64,000 nt of DNA, from assembly GCF_018350175.1 (NCBI RefSeq), contig NC_058368.1, positions 153,080,001 to 153,144,000 on the forward strand. Direction: 5' to 3'. Of this stretch, positions 13,781-27,400 are shown piece after piece; the stretch's first letter is position 1, and every line of letters starts with the position of its first letter. This DNA comes from Felis catus (Eukaryota). The position numbers and the translations under genes were made by a program. The notes beneath the pieces are model-generated. The model saw nothing but the letters and a program-made list of their open reading frames with translations. It made no database searches and was not told the origin of the DNA.

Positions 13781-13975
13781 AGAGGCAGTGTGGTACAGTG
13801 GTTGGAGAAAGGAATCTGGAGCCAGACTGATTACTTGGGTTCAAAATCTGGCTGTTCTGCCTCCTAGAGTTCAACCTTGAAGAACTCATATTAACCTCTT
13901 TGTGCCTTGATTCTCCTGTTTGTAAAATGAGGATCATAATACCCTCTTATGATTATTGTGAGGATTAATGAGTTA
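13781..13975 (+). mobile_element. MIR
   Basis: GGCAGTGTGGTACAGTGG...CTGGAGCCAGACTG...TGTAAAATGAGGATCATAAT...GTGAGGATTAA. Confidence 0.85.
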
Positions 13976-15274
13976 TTCTACTCATTCTACTCTTCTACTA
14001 CTGAGAAGCATTTAGTATGTGCCTAGCACTAAGTGCCTAGCATTTAGTTATGTGAGAGTTACGTGCTAACGCCGCACTCAGACCCAACCCCGAAGAGTGT
14101 CTATAGTGATTCACAACATAAGCCTGATATTTTAGTTTGACTTCTCAAAGTCATTTTTGTTTTCATTATACGTGATGTTCAACATACATTTGAAACAGGG
14201 AAAGAAAATGGTACAAGTTCAAAGATTTAAGACATGTACTCACACACAAAGATGGCAATACCATCACTGGTAAAGAAAGAGGTTTTGTTAAGTAATCAGT
14301 ATACATTTTTTCCAGTGTTACTATTGAAAGTACTTTCTCATTTTCAATTTTGAATTCTTCAACAAAGAATTGTTGTTAAAGCCGTTGCTTTGCTTGGGAA
14401 CATACTTCACGGTAAAATAGCCAAAGTCTCTTTAAGCAGGTTAAGTAAAAATGGAGATGTCAGAAAAATGAAAGACCTCCCAACCCACACTGAATTGCAT
14501 TTGCTTTGATATTGTTATTTTGGTATCTTCAAATTAAAAATAAATTGATGTTGCTTTTTGAAATCTTATTTAAGTACAGACTGGCAGTACCATAAAGGTA
14601 GAAGAATAAATATTTTTTATTTCTTGAACCTTTATCATGTGCCATTATGTTCAACAGTGAGTAGGATACAAAAAGGAATAAACTAGAGCTCTGTTTTTGA
14701 AAGCTTATAGTCTGTTTGGAACAATAAGACACAAAAACGATAAGAGGTCAGTACAGATCAGTAAATCATTAGTAATATGGAAATTCACATGAAAGAAAGA
14801 TCATTGTGGGTAGATATGGTCAAAGAAAACTTTAGAAGAGGATGATATTTTAGCCAGGCGTTAAAGAATGAAAAGAATTTTCCTAGGTAGTTCCATGAGT
14901 GAATTCCACTCATGAGTGAATTTCAGACTAGGCTGAGCAAAGATAAGAATGGGCAAATTAGCATGGCTGAAAGGCCAGAGCAAACCATTTGAATCCAGGA
15001 CCATCCAATGGCCAGAACATATTTTACTAGTTTATTGATACCTTACAAATGTAATTATCACCTTTCTTCAACTGGATCCTTACACCTGTGCATTCATGTT
15101 TTCCAGTGAATGTGAGGCATGGGCTTTAGTAAGTTAGCAAGTACAGTATTTAACTCTTTAAAAAATACAGTATATTTCTATTCATATTTAGCTAGGAGCC
15201 TTTTCATCAAACTAAAATTCCCAAGGCCCTCCTACAGATCCTGCTGATGAAGAATTAGAAAAAATAGCCATACT

Positions 15275-15500
15275 GGGGCACCTAGGTGGCTCAGTTGATT
15301 GAGCGTCAGACTTCGGCTCAGGTCATGATCTCCTGGTCCGTGAGTCCGAGCCCCGCATCAGGCTCTGTGCTGACACCTCAGAGCCTGGACTGCTTCAGAT
15401 TCTGTCTCCATCTTCTCTCTGCCTCTCCCCCATTCATGCTCACTTGCTCTCTCTCTCTCTTTCTTTCTCAAAAATAAAAAAAGAAAAGAAAAGAAAAAAA
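15275..15500 (+). mobile_element. Can-SINE (first of tandem pair)
   Basis: Full head, CT tract and (GAAAA)n tail. Confidence 0.93.
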
Positions 15501-15507
15501 CCGTACT

Positions 15508-15724
15508 GGGGCACCTAGGTGGCTCAGTCGGTTGAGCATCAGACTTCGACTCATGTCACAGTGTCACGGTTCATGGGTTTGAGCCCCACGTCAGGCTCAC
15601 TGCTGTCAACACAGAGCATGCTTCAGATCCTCTGTCCCCTCCCTCTCTCTCTCTCTCCACCCTCTCTGCTCTCTCTGTCTCAAAAATAAAAACATAAATT
15701 TAAAAAAATAAATAAATAAAAATA
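15508..15724 (+). mobile_element. Can-SINE (second of tandem pair)
   Basis: Full head, CT tract and A tail. Confidence 0.93.
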
Positions 15725-16256
15725 ACCATACCTATCTGGGTACATATGGTGACAATGAGAATTTTTATGTTTCAGAAATAAGGTAATAGGATTCTTTCCC
15801 AATGTAGTGAAATAGTGAGTGAGCAATATCCTACCATTTCAGGACTTGCATTTATTTATTTGGACAATAGCATGCTGATTATACCTCTAGAATATTACTA
15901 TTTTTTCCTTTGTTACAAAGGAGACATCTGTGATCTAGCACTGATTTGGTCATCAAAAAAATCTCATATCTCAGTTTTGCTTCTTATAAGGAGACTGTCT
16001 CTCTGACCTTCTCACAGAATATTAGCAATTCCCAATACTTTATAATGACTTTATCCAATTCCATCTTCTGTCATGGCTTTATCACCATCAAATGTGGTAT
16101 ATATTTATTTACTGTGTGTGTGGTTTTTTTTCATATTTTTCTGTCTCTCAAGTGTCTATGTCAGATTCCAGCTGTGGTCTAAATGGAAGTTTTTACTCTT
16201 AAATTTCTTTCTAATAACTTAGCTCAGGACAAGGTTGGATTTAAAAGAATTAATAA

Positions 16257-16450
16257 GTGGCTCCTGGATGGTTCGGTCAGTTGAGCATCAACTCTTGATT
16301 TCAGCTCAAGTCATGATCTGAGGGTTGTGGGATTCAGACCTGGGTCAGGCTCCACACTGAGTGGGAACCCTGCTTAAGATTCCCTCTCTCTCTGTTTCTC
16401 TCTCTTCCTCTCTCCCTCTCCCCTGCTCATGCTCTCTTAAAAAAAAAAAG
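16257..16450 (+). mobile_element. Can-SINE (older subtype)
   Basis: CTCTTGATTTCAGCTCAAGTCATGATC...CTGCTTAAGATTCCCTCTCTC. Confidence 0.9.
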
Positions 16451-16464
16451 GAGAAACAGCACTG

Positions 16465-16592
16465 TCCACTAGAGTGTAGGCTCCATGAGGGCAAGGACTG
16501 CTTGCTCTGGTGCTTAGTCTCTACTCTAACCCTGGAGCCTTGAACAATCTCAGGCATCTGCAAAGTGCTCAATAAATATTCATTAAATGAGA
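16465..16592 (+). mobile_element. L2 3' end
   Basis: ACTAGAGTGTAGGCTCCATGAGGGCAAGGACT...GTGCTCAATAAATATT...AATGA. Confidence 0.8.
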
Positions 16593-17490
16593 GAATGGAC
16601 ATATTAATGCGCATCTTATGGATTCTTCATGAGAATTAAACCAAAGATTGTGTGTAAAAATATACCTAGCACAACACAACCTAGCATGGGATATGGAATC
16701 CACAAACCCTAAAAGGGCTGATACGGTACCTAGAAATGCCAGACCTGACTTAAATGTATGAACTTTAACCCAGACACTGGGAGAAACTAACGAAGTATAT
16801 GTTTTAAATATATTTGACTCTTGAAAATTATCACTATCCTTGTTTTCATAATGAGTGATTTTTTTTTTTTTACGATGATGAGAACTTCATCATGACTTCA
16901 GCAGCAGTTGGCCTTATGTCAGCTGACAAAACCTTCTTTCACATAACAGATGGAAGAAGAGCCTACACATTGTGCCTAACCATAGACTGAGGACTATATT
17001 TGACTATATTTGATCTGTGTCTTGGCAATGTTGAATAATGATTATACTTCAACTATAAAATGAAGCTACTGGCTTTTCTTTTCTTTTTCTAAATTAATCT
17101 CAAGAAAGACCACTTGGAACTCCAGGCAAATGCAAATGTCAACATCAGGGTCCTTGTGTGAATTTCTATGAGGATTAAAGAAAGGGAGTTACAAAGAACC
17201 AGACATCTGATTTTAGCATGTGTGATAGTCTCATAGCCTCTGTATTTTCTTGAAACTTTCTCCTCAAAAAGATGCATCTCAGAATCTAACTTTCCAAAAT
17301 TGTGTAGTGTAGCATTTAGGGGATGGATTGTAGTGTTTTGTACTCTGTTTTCTTGATAGCACTGAAATACAGGAGAATCTCATCTCTGCTGTGTTTCTCT
17401 GCAAGATATCTGCATGCTGACAGCCATCCTACTATTGGGCTCCCAGGAGAGTCTAGCTTTAGACCTAGTGTTTGAAATAATTTGTGTCTA

Positions 17491-17711
17491 GGGCCACCTG
17501 GGTGGCTCAGTCTGTTGAGTGTCCGACTTCAGCTCAGGTCATGATCTCACAGTTTATGTCAGTTCAAGCCCCATGTCGGTCTCTGTGCTGACAGCTCAGA
17601 GCCTGGAACCTGCTTCAGATTCTTTGCCTCTTTCTCTCTCTGCCCCTCCTCTGCTCACACTCTGTCTCTCTCTCTTAAAAATAAATAAACATTAAAAAAA
17701 AAACTAAAAAA
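17491..17711 (+). mobile_element. Can-SINE
   Basis: TSD AAATAAT(TT)GTGTCTAG. Confidence 0.94.
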
Positions 17712-18789
17712 AATAATGTGTCTAGTTAAAGATGCCTATGTCAGATTCCAGTTATACTTTAGGAAATAATTTTATTTATCAGTAGAAGACAAATTTTTTA
17801 AAAGATAGGAAGAAAGGCGGTATCCATGTGAATAGCCCTCTTCTCCCTTCAGAAATACAGCTGCTTCAGTGCTCATCCTTTTGCTACTTTTATCCAATAT
17901 GAATACTTTCTTCAGTTAAGTTTTGGTTAGTTTCAGAGCACTAAAGGGAAGTGGAATATTTCAAAGAGGGGTGAATTCTACTACAACTCCACTTCCCAAA
18001 CCCCTGCACTCAGCTTTGATCTTACGGGTCATACCTTGACATTTTCACTGGGTTGAAGGGTCCTGAGAAGAGAGCATTGGTTCAGTAACCACTTCCTTCC
18101 TGGCACAGCTGTGATTTCTGGACTGTTTGGGGAACTTTTGAAATTCTTACATAGCGCTCTCTTGAGTTTTCCTCCATAATTATCCTTTCCACAGACTGTA
18201 TTAGAAGGTTGTAAAATGTTGTGTCTCCCTTTCACTTGAGGCCTTTTTTGTGAAGTTGGTAAAATACATGGTGTGTGTATCTTCGGACCAGTCAAGCCTG
18301 TGTTTTAATGTTATGGGGTTATTAATTCTGGTGCCTGCCCACCCTCCCCCCCCCATATCAGGGCATGTACACAAATCCTTAGCCTTGAAAGTTTTATAGC
18401 CCCAGAGGAACAAAGATTAATCATAATTATGTTATCTTCCTGAAAATCTCAAGCCACGCTTCCCTTTTTAAGAGCACAGATGATTCCTGAACCAACAGGA
18501 AGCAAAGCTCAGAAATTTCTGAGTATTGCCTTTTCTTTGCCGTTGTCTGAGAAAGGGAGTGTGGCTTTCTCAAGACTGTCCAAATGATTTTCTTCTCAGG
18601 TCACTTAAGGAACAAATGTCCTTCTCAATTCTTATTTCTTTCTTGGCAAATATAATTTCACCATCCAACTCCCGTGTACGCAGTAACTCACTGCTTCCTT
18701 TGAGCTCCTGCCACTCTCCAGGTGGCTGTGCTGTCACATTTAACACATTGCATTCAGATATGGCATGAGCCTCTCCTCAATGCTATACC

Positions 18790-18903
18790 CTGATCTTCTC
18801 CAGGTCAGGAGGCATGTATTATTCATCACTATATGCAGAGAGCATAGCAAATAGTATGCACATAGTTGTTGCCTGAGAAACACATGTTAAATGAATGAAT
18901 AAC
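18790..18903 (+). mobile_element. L2 3' end
   Basis: ATTATTCATCACTATATGCAGAG...GCACATAGT...TGTTAAATGAATGAAT. Confidence 0.6.
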
Positions 18904-19508
18904 AGTCATGTGAAAGATCAGCAACATTGAATTTAAGATCAACAACATTGTCCATTATATGACATAGTGACCATGTTCCTCCATATTGGAAACAGTTGTG
19001 CTTCTCCTGAACTACTTTGTGTGTGAGCACGTGTGTGCATGCACCCAGAAACACCTGCTAGAGAGCGGGTTGGTATGAATGTATAGCCTATTTATAGTAA
19101 ATGACACTTTGGTGCCCCATTACTGATTTAATCTTAGTTTATTTTTTATTTGCCTCAGTTCTCTCATTTTCATTTTAGCTTATGTAGAGTATATTTTATA
19201 AGCTACTTAAAACCCTTTTAGGAACATAAGCTAAACTTTAGTATTTTATTGAAATAATAAAGCATATGGTAGGTCTAGTACCTCTTTACTGAGAGGGAAA
19301 CTATGAGGGAAAAACACCATGAGGATGCTATTTGCTCTTACTCAGATACTGAAATTACATGATAGGAACCTTTAACAAAGCTGCCTCAATTGCCAGAGAA
19401 AATGTCTTCCTAGTCCAGTAACATTGCTGCAAAAATAACAGCTAAGTCAAAGTAAGGAAGGCCACTGTCATGGCGTGTGCTCCCTTACCCTTCAAAACAG
19501 CAACTGTA

Positions 19509-19722
19509 GAGGGACCTGGGAGCTCAGCTGGTTAAGTATCCAACTTCAGCTCAGGTTATAATCTCACAATTCATGGGTTTGAGCCCCCACACTGGGCTCT
19601 CTGCTGTCAGCACGGAGCCCACTCTGGATCCTGTGTTCCCCTCTGTCTTCACCTCTCCCCCCAGGCTCCCCCCATGCCCCCACCCCCACTCTCAAAATAA
19701 ATAAACATTAAAAAAACAAAAA
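19509..19722 (+). mobile_element. Can-SINE
   Basis: Head and AATAAA tail; TSD-like AGCAACYRTAGAG. Confidence 0.9.
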
Positions 19723-20189
19723 GCAACCATAGAGAATCCCTGAGTAGTTATGTAATCTCCATCCCAACATAAAGATTCAATCCCACCTCACCTTTCTATG
19801 ATTTTAAATGTAGGATTTTGTATACACAATTTGGGGTCACTTTGGCACAACCAAATGGAGATTTAGACACCTATGTTTTAAAGATGGTAGGTCTTTCTTG
19901 CTTTCAAGTGGCCAAACATTGACCCAGGGCTTTCACATTTAAGTCATTGCTGTGGGTGTTCATGCCAGTGCTTGCTTTTCTGAGAAATGGTATCTGACGC
20001 TAGAGGTGTTGATGATTTTGTGGATAAACTTGCTTTGCAAAAAATCAGTGACAGTAACCAAATATTTGGGTATCATATGAAATGGATTATGAATACAGTT
20101 AAATCCCACATATAGTTTCTCTACATGAGTAAGCATAACAGTGTTTCAGCAAAGAATTAAACCAATTCACAGCTGAAGTAAATGATAAT

Positions 20190-20425
20190 GGCTATTCTTT
20201 ATTGAATTCTTACAACATGCTACATACTGTCCTAAGCACCTTCATCAACTTAATCTCATTTAATTGTCACAACACATTTATTTTAAAAAATAGATTTTAT
20301 TTATATTTTATAAGTAAAGATTCTGAGGCTCAGAGTGATAACTTCACTCACCCACAGTCATATATATAGCTATTAAATAGCAGTGCCAAAGTTCAAAGCC
20401 AGACCTGTCTGATTCAGACTCCACA
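20190..20425 (-). mobile_element. MIR
   Basis: ACTGTCCTAAGCAC...TAATCTCATTTAAT...CTGAGGCTCAGAG...CTGTCTGATTC. Confidence 0.8.
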
Positions 20426-20712
20426 TGTATAAGCACATGGCTTTCTCACTCTGTTTTGTGAAATCATCATACTCTTCCTCTTCCGATGTAAAACATCCCA
20501 GACAATAATATGTTTTGATGCATTTCTACCCATAATCAAACTCAGATTAGTCTCTGTTTTTGGTGATAACAGGCAGCAGAATCTTCAAGTGAATGTTTGA
20601 GGTGATCTCTCCTAACTGCCTTCCACATATCTGAGTCACAGGCTTCCAAATGAGTTATGAAGAAGAGTCTTGACATTCGATAAGATTCGATAAGTACATG
20701 ATGGGGGGGCAT

Positions 20713-20940
20713 GGGCGCCTGGGTGGCTCAGTTGGTTGAGTATCCAACTTCAGTTCAGGTCGTGATGTCATAGTTCATGAGTTTGAGCGCCACATTGGGC
20801 TCACCTTTGTCAGTGCAGAGCCTGCTTCCAATCCTCTCCCCCTCTCTCTCTGCCCCTCTTCCACTCATTCTCTCTCTCTCTCTCTTTCTCACTCTCTCTC
20901 AAAAAATAAACATTAAAAAAATAGTAAATAAATAAAATAA
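20713..20940 (+). mobile_element. Can-SINE (first of tandem pair)
   Basis: Full element; AAGTACATGA flanks. Confidence 0.93.
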
Positions 20941-20950
20941 AAGTACATGA

Positions 20951-21150
20951 GGGGTGCCTCAGTCAGTTAAGCGTCTGCCTCTTGATTTCAGCTCAGATGA
21001 GGTTGTGAGATCAAGCCCCACACAATGTGTCTTCACTTACCATGAAGCCTGCCCAAGATTGTCCCTCTTCCTCTGACCCTCACCCACTCACACGTGTGCT
21101 TTCTCTCTCTCTTTCTCCCTCAAAAATTTAAAAAGAAAACAAAATTTTTC
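20951..21150 (+). mobile_element. Can-SINE, older and internally deleted (second of pair)
   Basis: GGGGTGCCTCAGTCAGTTAAG...; followed by AAGTACATGA. Confidence 0.85.
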
Positions 21151-21657
21151 TAAGTACATGATACCCTCCCAGATGGTATGTATATCATGCTCTTGAATTT
21201 CCAGCATGTTTTAAAAATTATTTCCATTTCATGGCACATGAAACTTTTATTTGAAGAGAGAAAAAGAAAAAGAAAAAGAAAAAGAACAAACTAGTGTACT
21301 GTCATAAAAGGAAGTTTTTATGGCCCAGCTCTACAATTAAGTTTTGCTACCATTAAAAAGAACCTCAGCCAAAAATCTTTAGTGCATATTAGATCATGAC
21401 TTTTTATTTAATTACAAGAAATTCAGAAAACTCATGAAGGAGATAGTCTTAAATTTTTTAAGGCAGGTTTTAGGCTATTTGGATTTTTCTCACATGTTCA
21501 TGATTATGCTCAGAAATTAGTATCACTCTGCTGTTCCCATTTCATTTCACTGCTCTGAAATCCTGTTGCTGAAATTACTAGAGTTGAAAATAACAGGAAC
21601 ATCCTGTTGTCAAAAATAAGTTCCTTATGATAAAATACTGTTTCAACTGAAGCCAGC

Positions 21658-21722
21658 TTTTGTTTTGTTTTGTTTTGTTTTGTTTTGTTTTGTTTTGTTT
21701 CGTTTTGTTTCGTTTCGTTTTG
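21658..21722. repeat. (TTTTG)n pentanucleotide repeat with TTTCG variants
   Basis: Seen directly. Confidence 0.92.
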
Positions 21723-23094
21723 TAGACGGTGGAAGGATCTCAGTGGGAGAGGGGCTTATGAGTGACAGAATATGATTTTGGATTCACTGCCCTTCACTCC
21801 TTTGTTATATCTCCAACTAAATGGAATTTATTCTTTTGTATGAAATTTTACATTTTACAAAAATTTTAATATGTGGTGTCATTAAAAACTTTCATAGGAG
21901 GGGGAAAAAAACTTTCCTGGGAGCAGTAAGTATGGTCTAAGTTGCCTGGCTCATGACTATTGAGTGTTCTACTCAGAAATATGCGTGTTTATCATTTCTT
22001 CTGTGATTTATTCATTAGTCCCCTAGCTCCTAGGAACTCATATGCAAAGTAAAATAAAACACAGAAGACACTTCCTAAGAAAGGGATTTTTAAATTTTTA
22101 GTAGAATGTGACCCTTGCAAACATTTTAGGCTATTTTTCTCTTGAGTCCCACTTATGTTTCAGAGACTCATTCACAGCACTGACTTAGGAGGTTCTTGCC
22201 CCTTGGTTTCTTGACCAGAGCTGAAGGGAGGATGGGTGACCTTTACTATCCCTTCTGGTTCTCAGATTCTATCAAGAAACATTTTCTTAAATGAAAGGAG
22301 GAAGTGCATTTAACCACTTGGTGAGCTGTGCAGGTTGATGGGGACATTCACAATGCTTGCTTTCTAACAGTTAACACCGAGAGTGTTCCAGCAACTACCC
22401 CATCCAGAATGCAGGCTTCCAGAAACACTCCCTCCTCTAGAAAACCTTCAACTAATTGACTTTATCCCTTCAGCATCCTTTACCCTCTCCTTGAGGGCTT
22501 TGAGGAACAGTGAGAAAGAAGCCATTCTGATCCTGAGAGAAGCCCCTAAACAGCTCTGTCTGCTACTGCTGACACTTCAGGGCTAGGCCTGCTTGTCAGC
22601 CTGTGGTGGTGCCATCACATTACATGGGACTGCCTTCACTAGGACTTGCCTCTTTTTGAATGACCCCTAAGTACTTTGACTTTTCAAGTTAGAACGAAGT
22701 TTCAACAGAAATACACATGAGTCATGGGGAAAAGCTGCAGAGGGAAAGTTTTCATCCTTCCCCTCTTGTAGACCCATTGTGGACTCAGGCAGATCTTCTG
22801 ATTTGCATAACTGAATCACCAAATATCTACTGATTGGTAAGGAATTGGAAAGGGAAACAAATGATATTAAACCCCTCCTCTTCCCTGAAGACTTCCCTGA
22901 CTACCCCAGTCAAAAGGTGTTCCTCTCTTTGAACTCCAGCTGTTCAGCATTTTCTTCCCTGGCACATAAACGTGATAGATGTTACACTTCTCTCTACTAT
23001 TTGGAATCTCCTTTTTCTTCACATGGGGGTTAAGTCTTGTATATACATGAGAGGATTTGGGGCTTCATTATAGATGACGATAATAATAATGGCA

Positions 23095-23327
23095 AATAGA
23101 TTTTATCTTACACCTATAGCATGCCAGGCTCTGATTGAAGATCTTTACCTATATTAACTCATTGAGTTCTTACTCTCCTCTCTGAGGTAGATGCTATTGT
23201 TCTTTCCATTTTACTTGTTAGGAAACTGAGGTCAGGAGAGAAGCTCAATACTGGCTCAAGTCAAAGAGTCAGTAAAAGGTATACCTAGGACCGACTCAGA
23301 TGGTTTGATTCCAGAGCCTTCATTCTT
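23095..23327 (-). mobile_element. MIR (host of the L1/SINE insertion stack)
   Basis: CCTATAGCATGCCAGGCTCTG...CCATTTTAC...GGAAACTGAGGTCAG...GATTCCAGAGCC. Confidence 0.8.
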
Positions 23328-23543
23328 TTTTTTTTATCTAATGTTTATTTATTTTTGGAGAGAGAGAGAGACAGAGCATGAGCAGGGGAGGGTCAGAGAG
23401 AGGGAAGAGACACAGAATCCGAAGTAGGCTCCAGGCTCTGAGCTGTCAGCAGAGAGCTCGATGTAGGGCTCGAACCCACAAACCATGAGATCATGACCTA
23501 AGCCAAAGTTGGATGCTTAACTGACTGAGCCATCTAGGCGCCT
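23328..23543 (-). mobile_element. Can-SINE
   Basis: Full antisense element. Confidence 0.93.
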
Positions 23544-23550
23544 GCCACCC

Positions 23551-23630
23551 TTTTTTAAAATTTTGTAATGTTTATTTTTGGAGATAGATAGAATGTGAGT
23601 GGGGAAAGGGCAGAGAGGAAAGGACAGGAC
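23551..23630 (-). mobile_element. 5'-truncated Can-SINE (tail only)
   Basis: Antisense A tail and GA tract without a head. Confidence 0.7.
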
Positions 23631-24029
23631 AGCCTTCATTCTCTTTTTTTTTTTTAATTCTTATTTAATTTTTTTTTTTAATTTATATCCAAGTTACCAT
23701 ATAGTGCAACAATGATTTCAGGAGTAGATTCCTTAATGCCTCTTACCCATTTAGCCCGTCCACCTTCCCAAAATCCCTCCAGGAACCCTCTGTTTGTTCT
23801 CCATATTTAAGACTCTCTTATGTTTTGTTCCCCTCCCTGTTTTTATATTATTTTACTTCCCTTCCCTATGTTCATCTGTTTTGTTTGTTAAAGTCCTCAT
23901 ATGAGTGAAGTCATTTGATATTTGTCTTCTCTGACTGACTAATTTCACTTAGCATAATACCCTCTAGTTCCATCCACATAGTTGCAAATGGCAAGATTTC
24001 ATTCTTTTTGCCTGCCGAGTAATACTCCG

Positions 24030-24080
<51 letters not shown>

Positions 24081-24182
24081 CACCATATCTTTTTTATCCA
24101 TTCATTCATGCATGGACATTTGGGCTCTTTCCATACTTTGGCTATTGTTGATAGTGTTGCTGTTAACATTGGGGTGCATGTG

Positions 24183-24401
24183 GGTCACCTGGGTGGCTCA
24201 GTTGGTTGGGCGTCCGACTTCAGCTCAGGTCATGATCTCACGCTCCGTGAGTTCGAGCCCCACGTTGGGCTCTGTGCTGACAGCTCAGAGCCTGGAGCCT
24301 GTTTCAGATTCTGTGTCTCCCTCTCTCTCTGACCTTCCCCCATTCATGCTCTGTCTCTCTCTGTCTCAAAAATGAATAAACTTAAAAAAAATTTAAAAAA
24401 A
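24183..24401 (+). mobile_element. Can-SINE inserted in L1 ORF2
   Basis: Perfect 18-bp TSD AACATTGGGGTGCATGTG at 24165-24182 and 24402-24419. Confidence 0.96.
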
Positions 24402-27400
24402 AACATTGGGGTGCATGTGCCCCTTCGAAACAGCATACCTGTATCCCTTGGATAAATACCTAGTAGTGCAATTGCTGGGTCGTAGGGGAGTTCTATTTTT
24501 AATTTTTTGAGGAACTTCCATAGTGTTTTCCAGAGTGGCTGCACCAGTTTGCATTCCCACCAGCAGTGCAAAAGATCCTCTTTATCTGCATCCTCACCAA
24601 CATCTGTTGTTGCTGGAGTTGTTAATGTTAGACATTCTGACAGGTGCGAGGTGGTGTTTCATTGTGGTTTTGATTTGTAGTTCCCAGATGATGAGTGATG
24701 TTGAGCATTTTTTCATGTGTCGGTTGGCCATCTGGATGTCTTCTTTGGAGAAGTGTCTATTCATGTCTTTTGCCCATTTCTTCACTGGATTATTTGTTTT
24801 TTGGGTGTTGAGTTTGAGAAATTCTTTATTGATTTTGGATACTAACCCTTTATCTGATAGGTCATTTGCAAGTATCTTGTCCCATTCTGTCAGTTGCCTT
24901 TTAGTTTTGCTGATTGTTTCTTTCACTGTGCAGAAGCTTTTTATTTTGATGAGGTCCCAGTAGTTCATTTTTGCCTTTGTTTCCCTTGCCTCCAGTGATG
25001 TGTTGAGTAAGAAGTTGCTGCAGCCAAGATCAAAGAGGATTTGCCTGCTTTCTCCTCGATTTTGATGACTTCCTGTCTTACTTTTATCTTCCATCCATTT
25101 TGAGTGTATTTTTGTGTATGGTGTAAAAAGTGGTCTAGGTTCATTCTTCTGCAAGTCACTGTCCAGTTTTCCCAGCACCACTTGCTGAAGAGGCTGTCTT
25201 CATTCCATTGAATATTCCTTCCTGCTGTGTCAAAAATTAGTTGGCCATACATTTGTGGGTCTATTTCTGGCTTCTCTATTCTGTTCCATTGATCTGAGTG
25301 TCTGTTCTTGTGCCAGTACCATACTGTCTTGATGATTATAGCTTTGTAATAAAGCTTGAAGTCCAGGATCGTGATGCCTCCTGCTTTGGTTTTCTTTTTC
25401 AGGATTGCTTTGTCTATTCCGGGGTCTTTTCTGCTTCCATACAAATTTTAGAATTGTTTGTTCTAGCTCTGTGAAGAATGCTGGTGTTATTTTGATAGGG
25501 ATTGCATTTAATATGTAGATTTCTATGGGTAATATTGACATTTTAACACTATTTGTTGTTCCTATCCAGGAGCATGGAATATTTTTCCAATTATTGTGTC
25601 TTCTTCAATTTCTTTCATAAGCTTTCTATGGTTTTCAGTGTATAGATTTTTCACCTCTTTGGTTTGATGTATTTCTGGGTATTTTATGGTTTTAGGTGCA
25701 CTTGTAAATGGGATCGATTCCTTGATTTCTATTTCTGTTGCTTCATTGTTGGTGTATAGGAATGCAACCAATTTCTGTGCATTGGTTTTATATCCTGCCA
25801 CTTTGCTGAATTCATGGATCAGTGCTAGCAGTTATTTATGGAATCTTTGGGTTTCCCATATAGAATATCATGTCATCTGTGAAGAGTGAAAATTTGACCT
25901 CCTCTTGGCTGATTTGGATGCCTTTTATTTCTTTGTGTTGTCTGATTGCTGAGACTAAGACGTCCAATACTATGTTTGAATAAGAGCGGCAAGAGTGGAC
26001 ATCCCTGTCTTATTCCTGACCTTAGGGGGAAAGCTCTGAACCCCCACTGAGGTTGTATTAGCGTTGGGTCTTTCACATATGGCTTTTATGATCTCAAGGT
26101 ATGATCCTTCTATCCCTGCTTTCTTAAGGGTTTTTATCAAGAAACGATGCTGTATTTTGTCAAATGCGTTTTCTGCATCTGTTGAGAGGATCATGTGATT
26201 TTTCTGTTTCTTCCTTTTTCAGTTTTGGTAGTTTATATATTTCTAATAATTTGTTCATTTCTTCCAGATTGTCCATTTTATTGGCGTATAATTGCTCATA
26301 ATATTCTCTTATTATTGTTTTTATTTCTGCTGTTTTGGTTGTGATCTCTCCTCTTTCATTCTTGATTTTATTTATTTGGGTCCTTTTTCTTTTTGATCAA
26401 ACTGGCTAGTGGTTTATCAATTTTGTTAATTCTTTCAAAGAACCAGCTTCTGGTTTCATTGATCTGTTTTACTGTTTTTATGGTTTCGATGGCATTAATT
26501 TCTACTCTAATCTTTATTATTTCCTGTCTTCTGCTGGTTTAGGGTTTTATTTGCTGTTCTTTTTCCAGCTCTTTAAGGTGTAAGGTTACATTGTGTATCT
26601 TAACCTTTCTTCCTTCTTTAAGAAGGCCTAGCTTGCTATATACTTCCCTCTTAGGACCGCTTTTGCTGTGTCCCAGAGGTTTGGGGCTGTGGTGTTATCA
26701 TTTTCATTGGCTTCCATGTACTTTTTAATTTCCTCTTCAACTTCTTCGTTAGCCTGTTCATTCTTTAACAGGATGTTCTTTAGTCTCCAAGTATTTGTTA
26801 TCTTTCCAAATTTTTTCTTGTGGTTGATTTTGAGTTTCATAGCATTGTGTGGTCTGAAAATATACACGGTATGGTCTCGATCTTTTTGTACTTGTTGAGG
26901 GCTGATTTGTGTCCCAGTGTGTGATCTATTCTGGAGAACGTTCCATGTGCACTGGAGAAGAATGTATATTCCACTGCTTTAGGATGAAATGTTCTAAATA
27001 TATCTGTTAAGTCCATCTGATCCAGTGTGTCATTCAAAGCCATTGTTTCCTTGTCGATTTTCTGTTTAGGTGACCTGGCCATTGCTGTGAGTGGGGTGTT
27101 GAAGTCCCCTACTATTATGGTATTATTATCAATGAGTTTCTTTATGTTTGTGATTAACTGATTTACATATTTGGGTGCTTACATATTTGGAGCATAAATG
27201 TTTACAATTGTTATGTCTTCTTGATGGATAGACCCCTTAATTATGATATAATGCCCTTCTTCATCTCTTATTACAGTCTTTATTTTAAAGTCTAGATTGT
27301 GTGATATAAGTATGCTACTCTGGCTTTCTTATCAACCATTAACATGATAGATGGTTCTCCATCCCCTTACTTTCAATCTGAAGGTATCTTTAGGTCTAAA

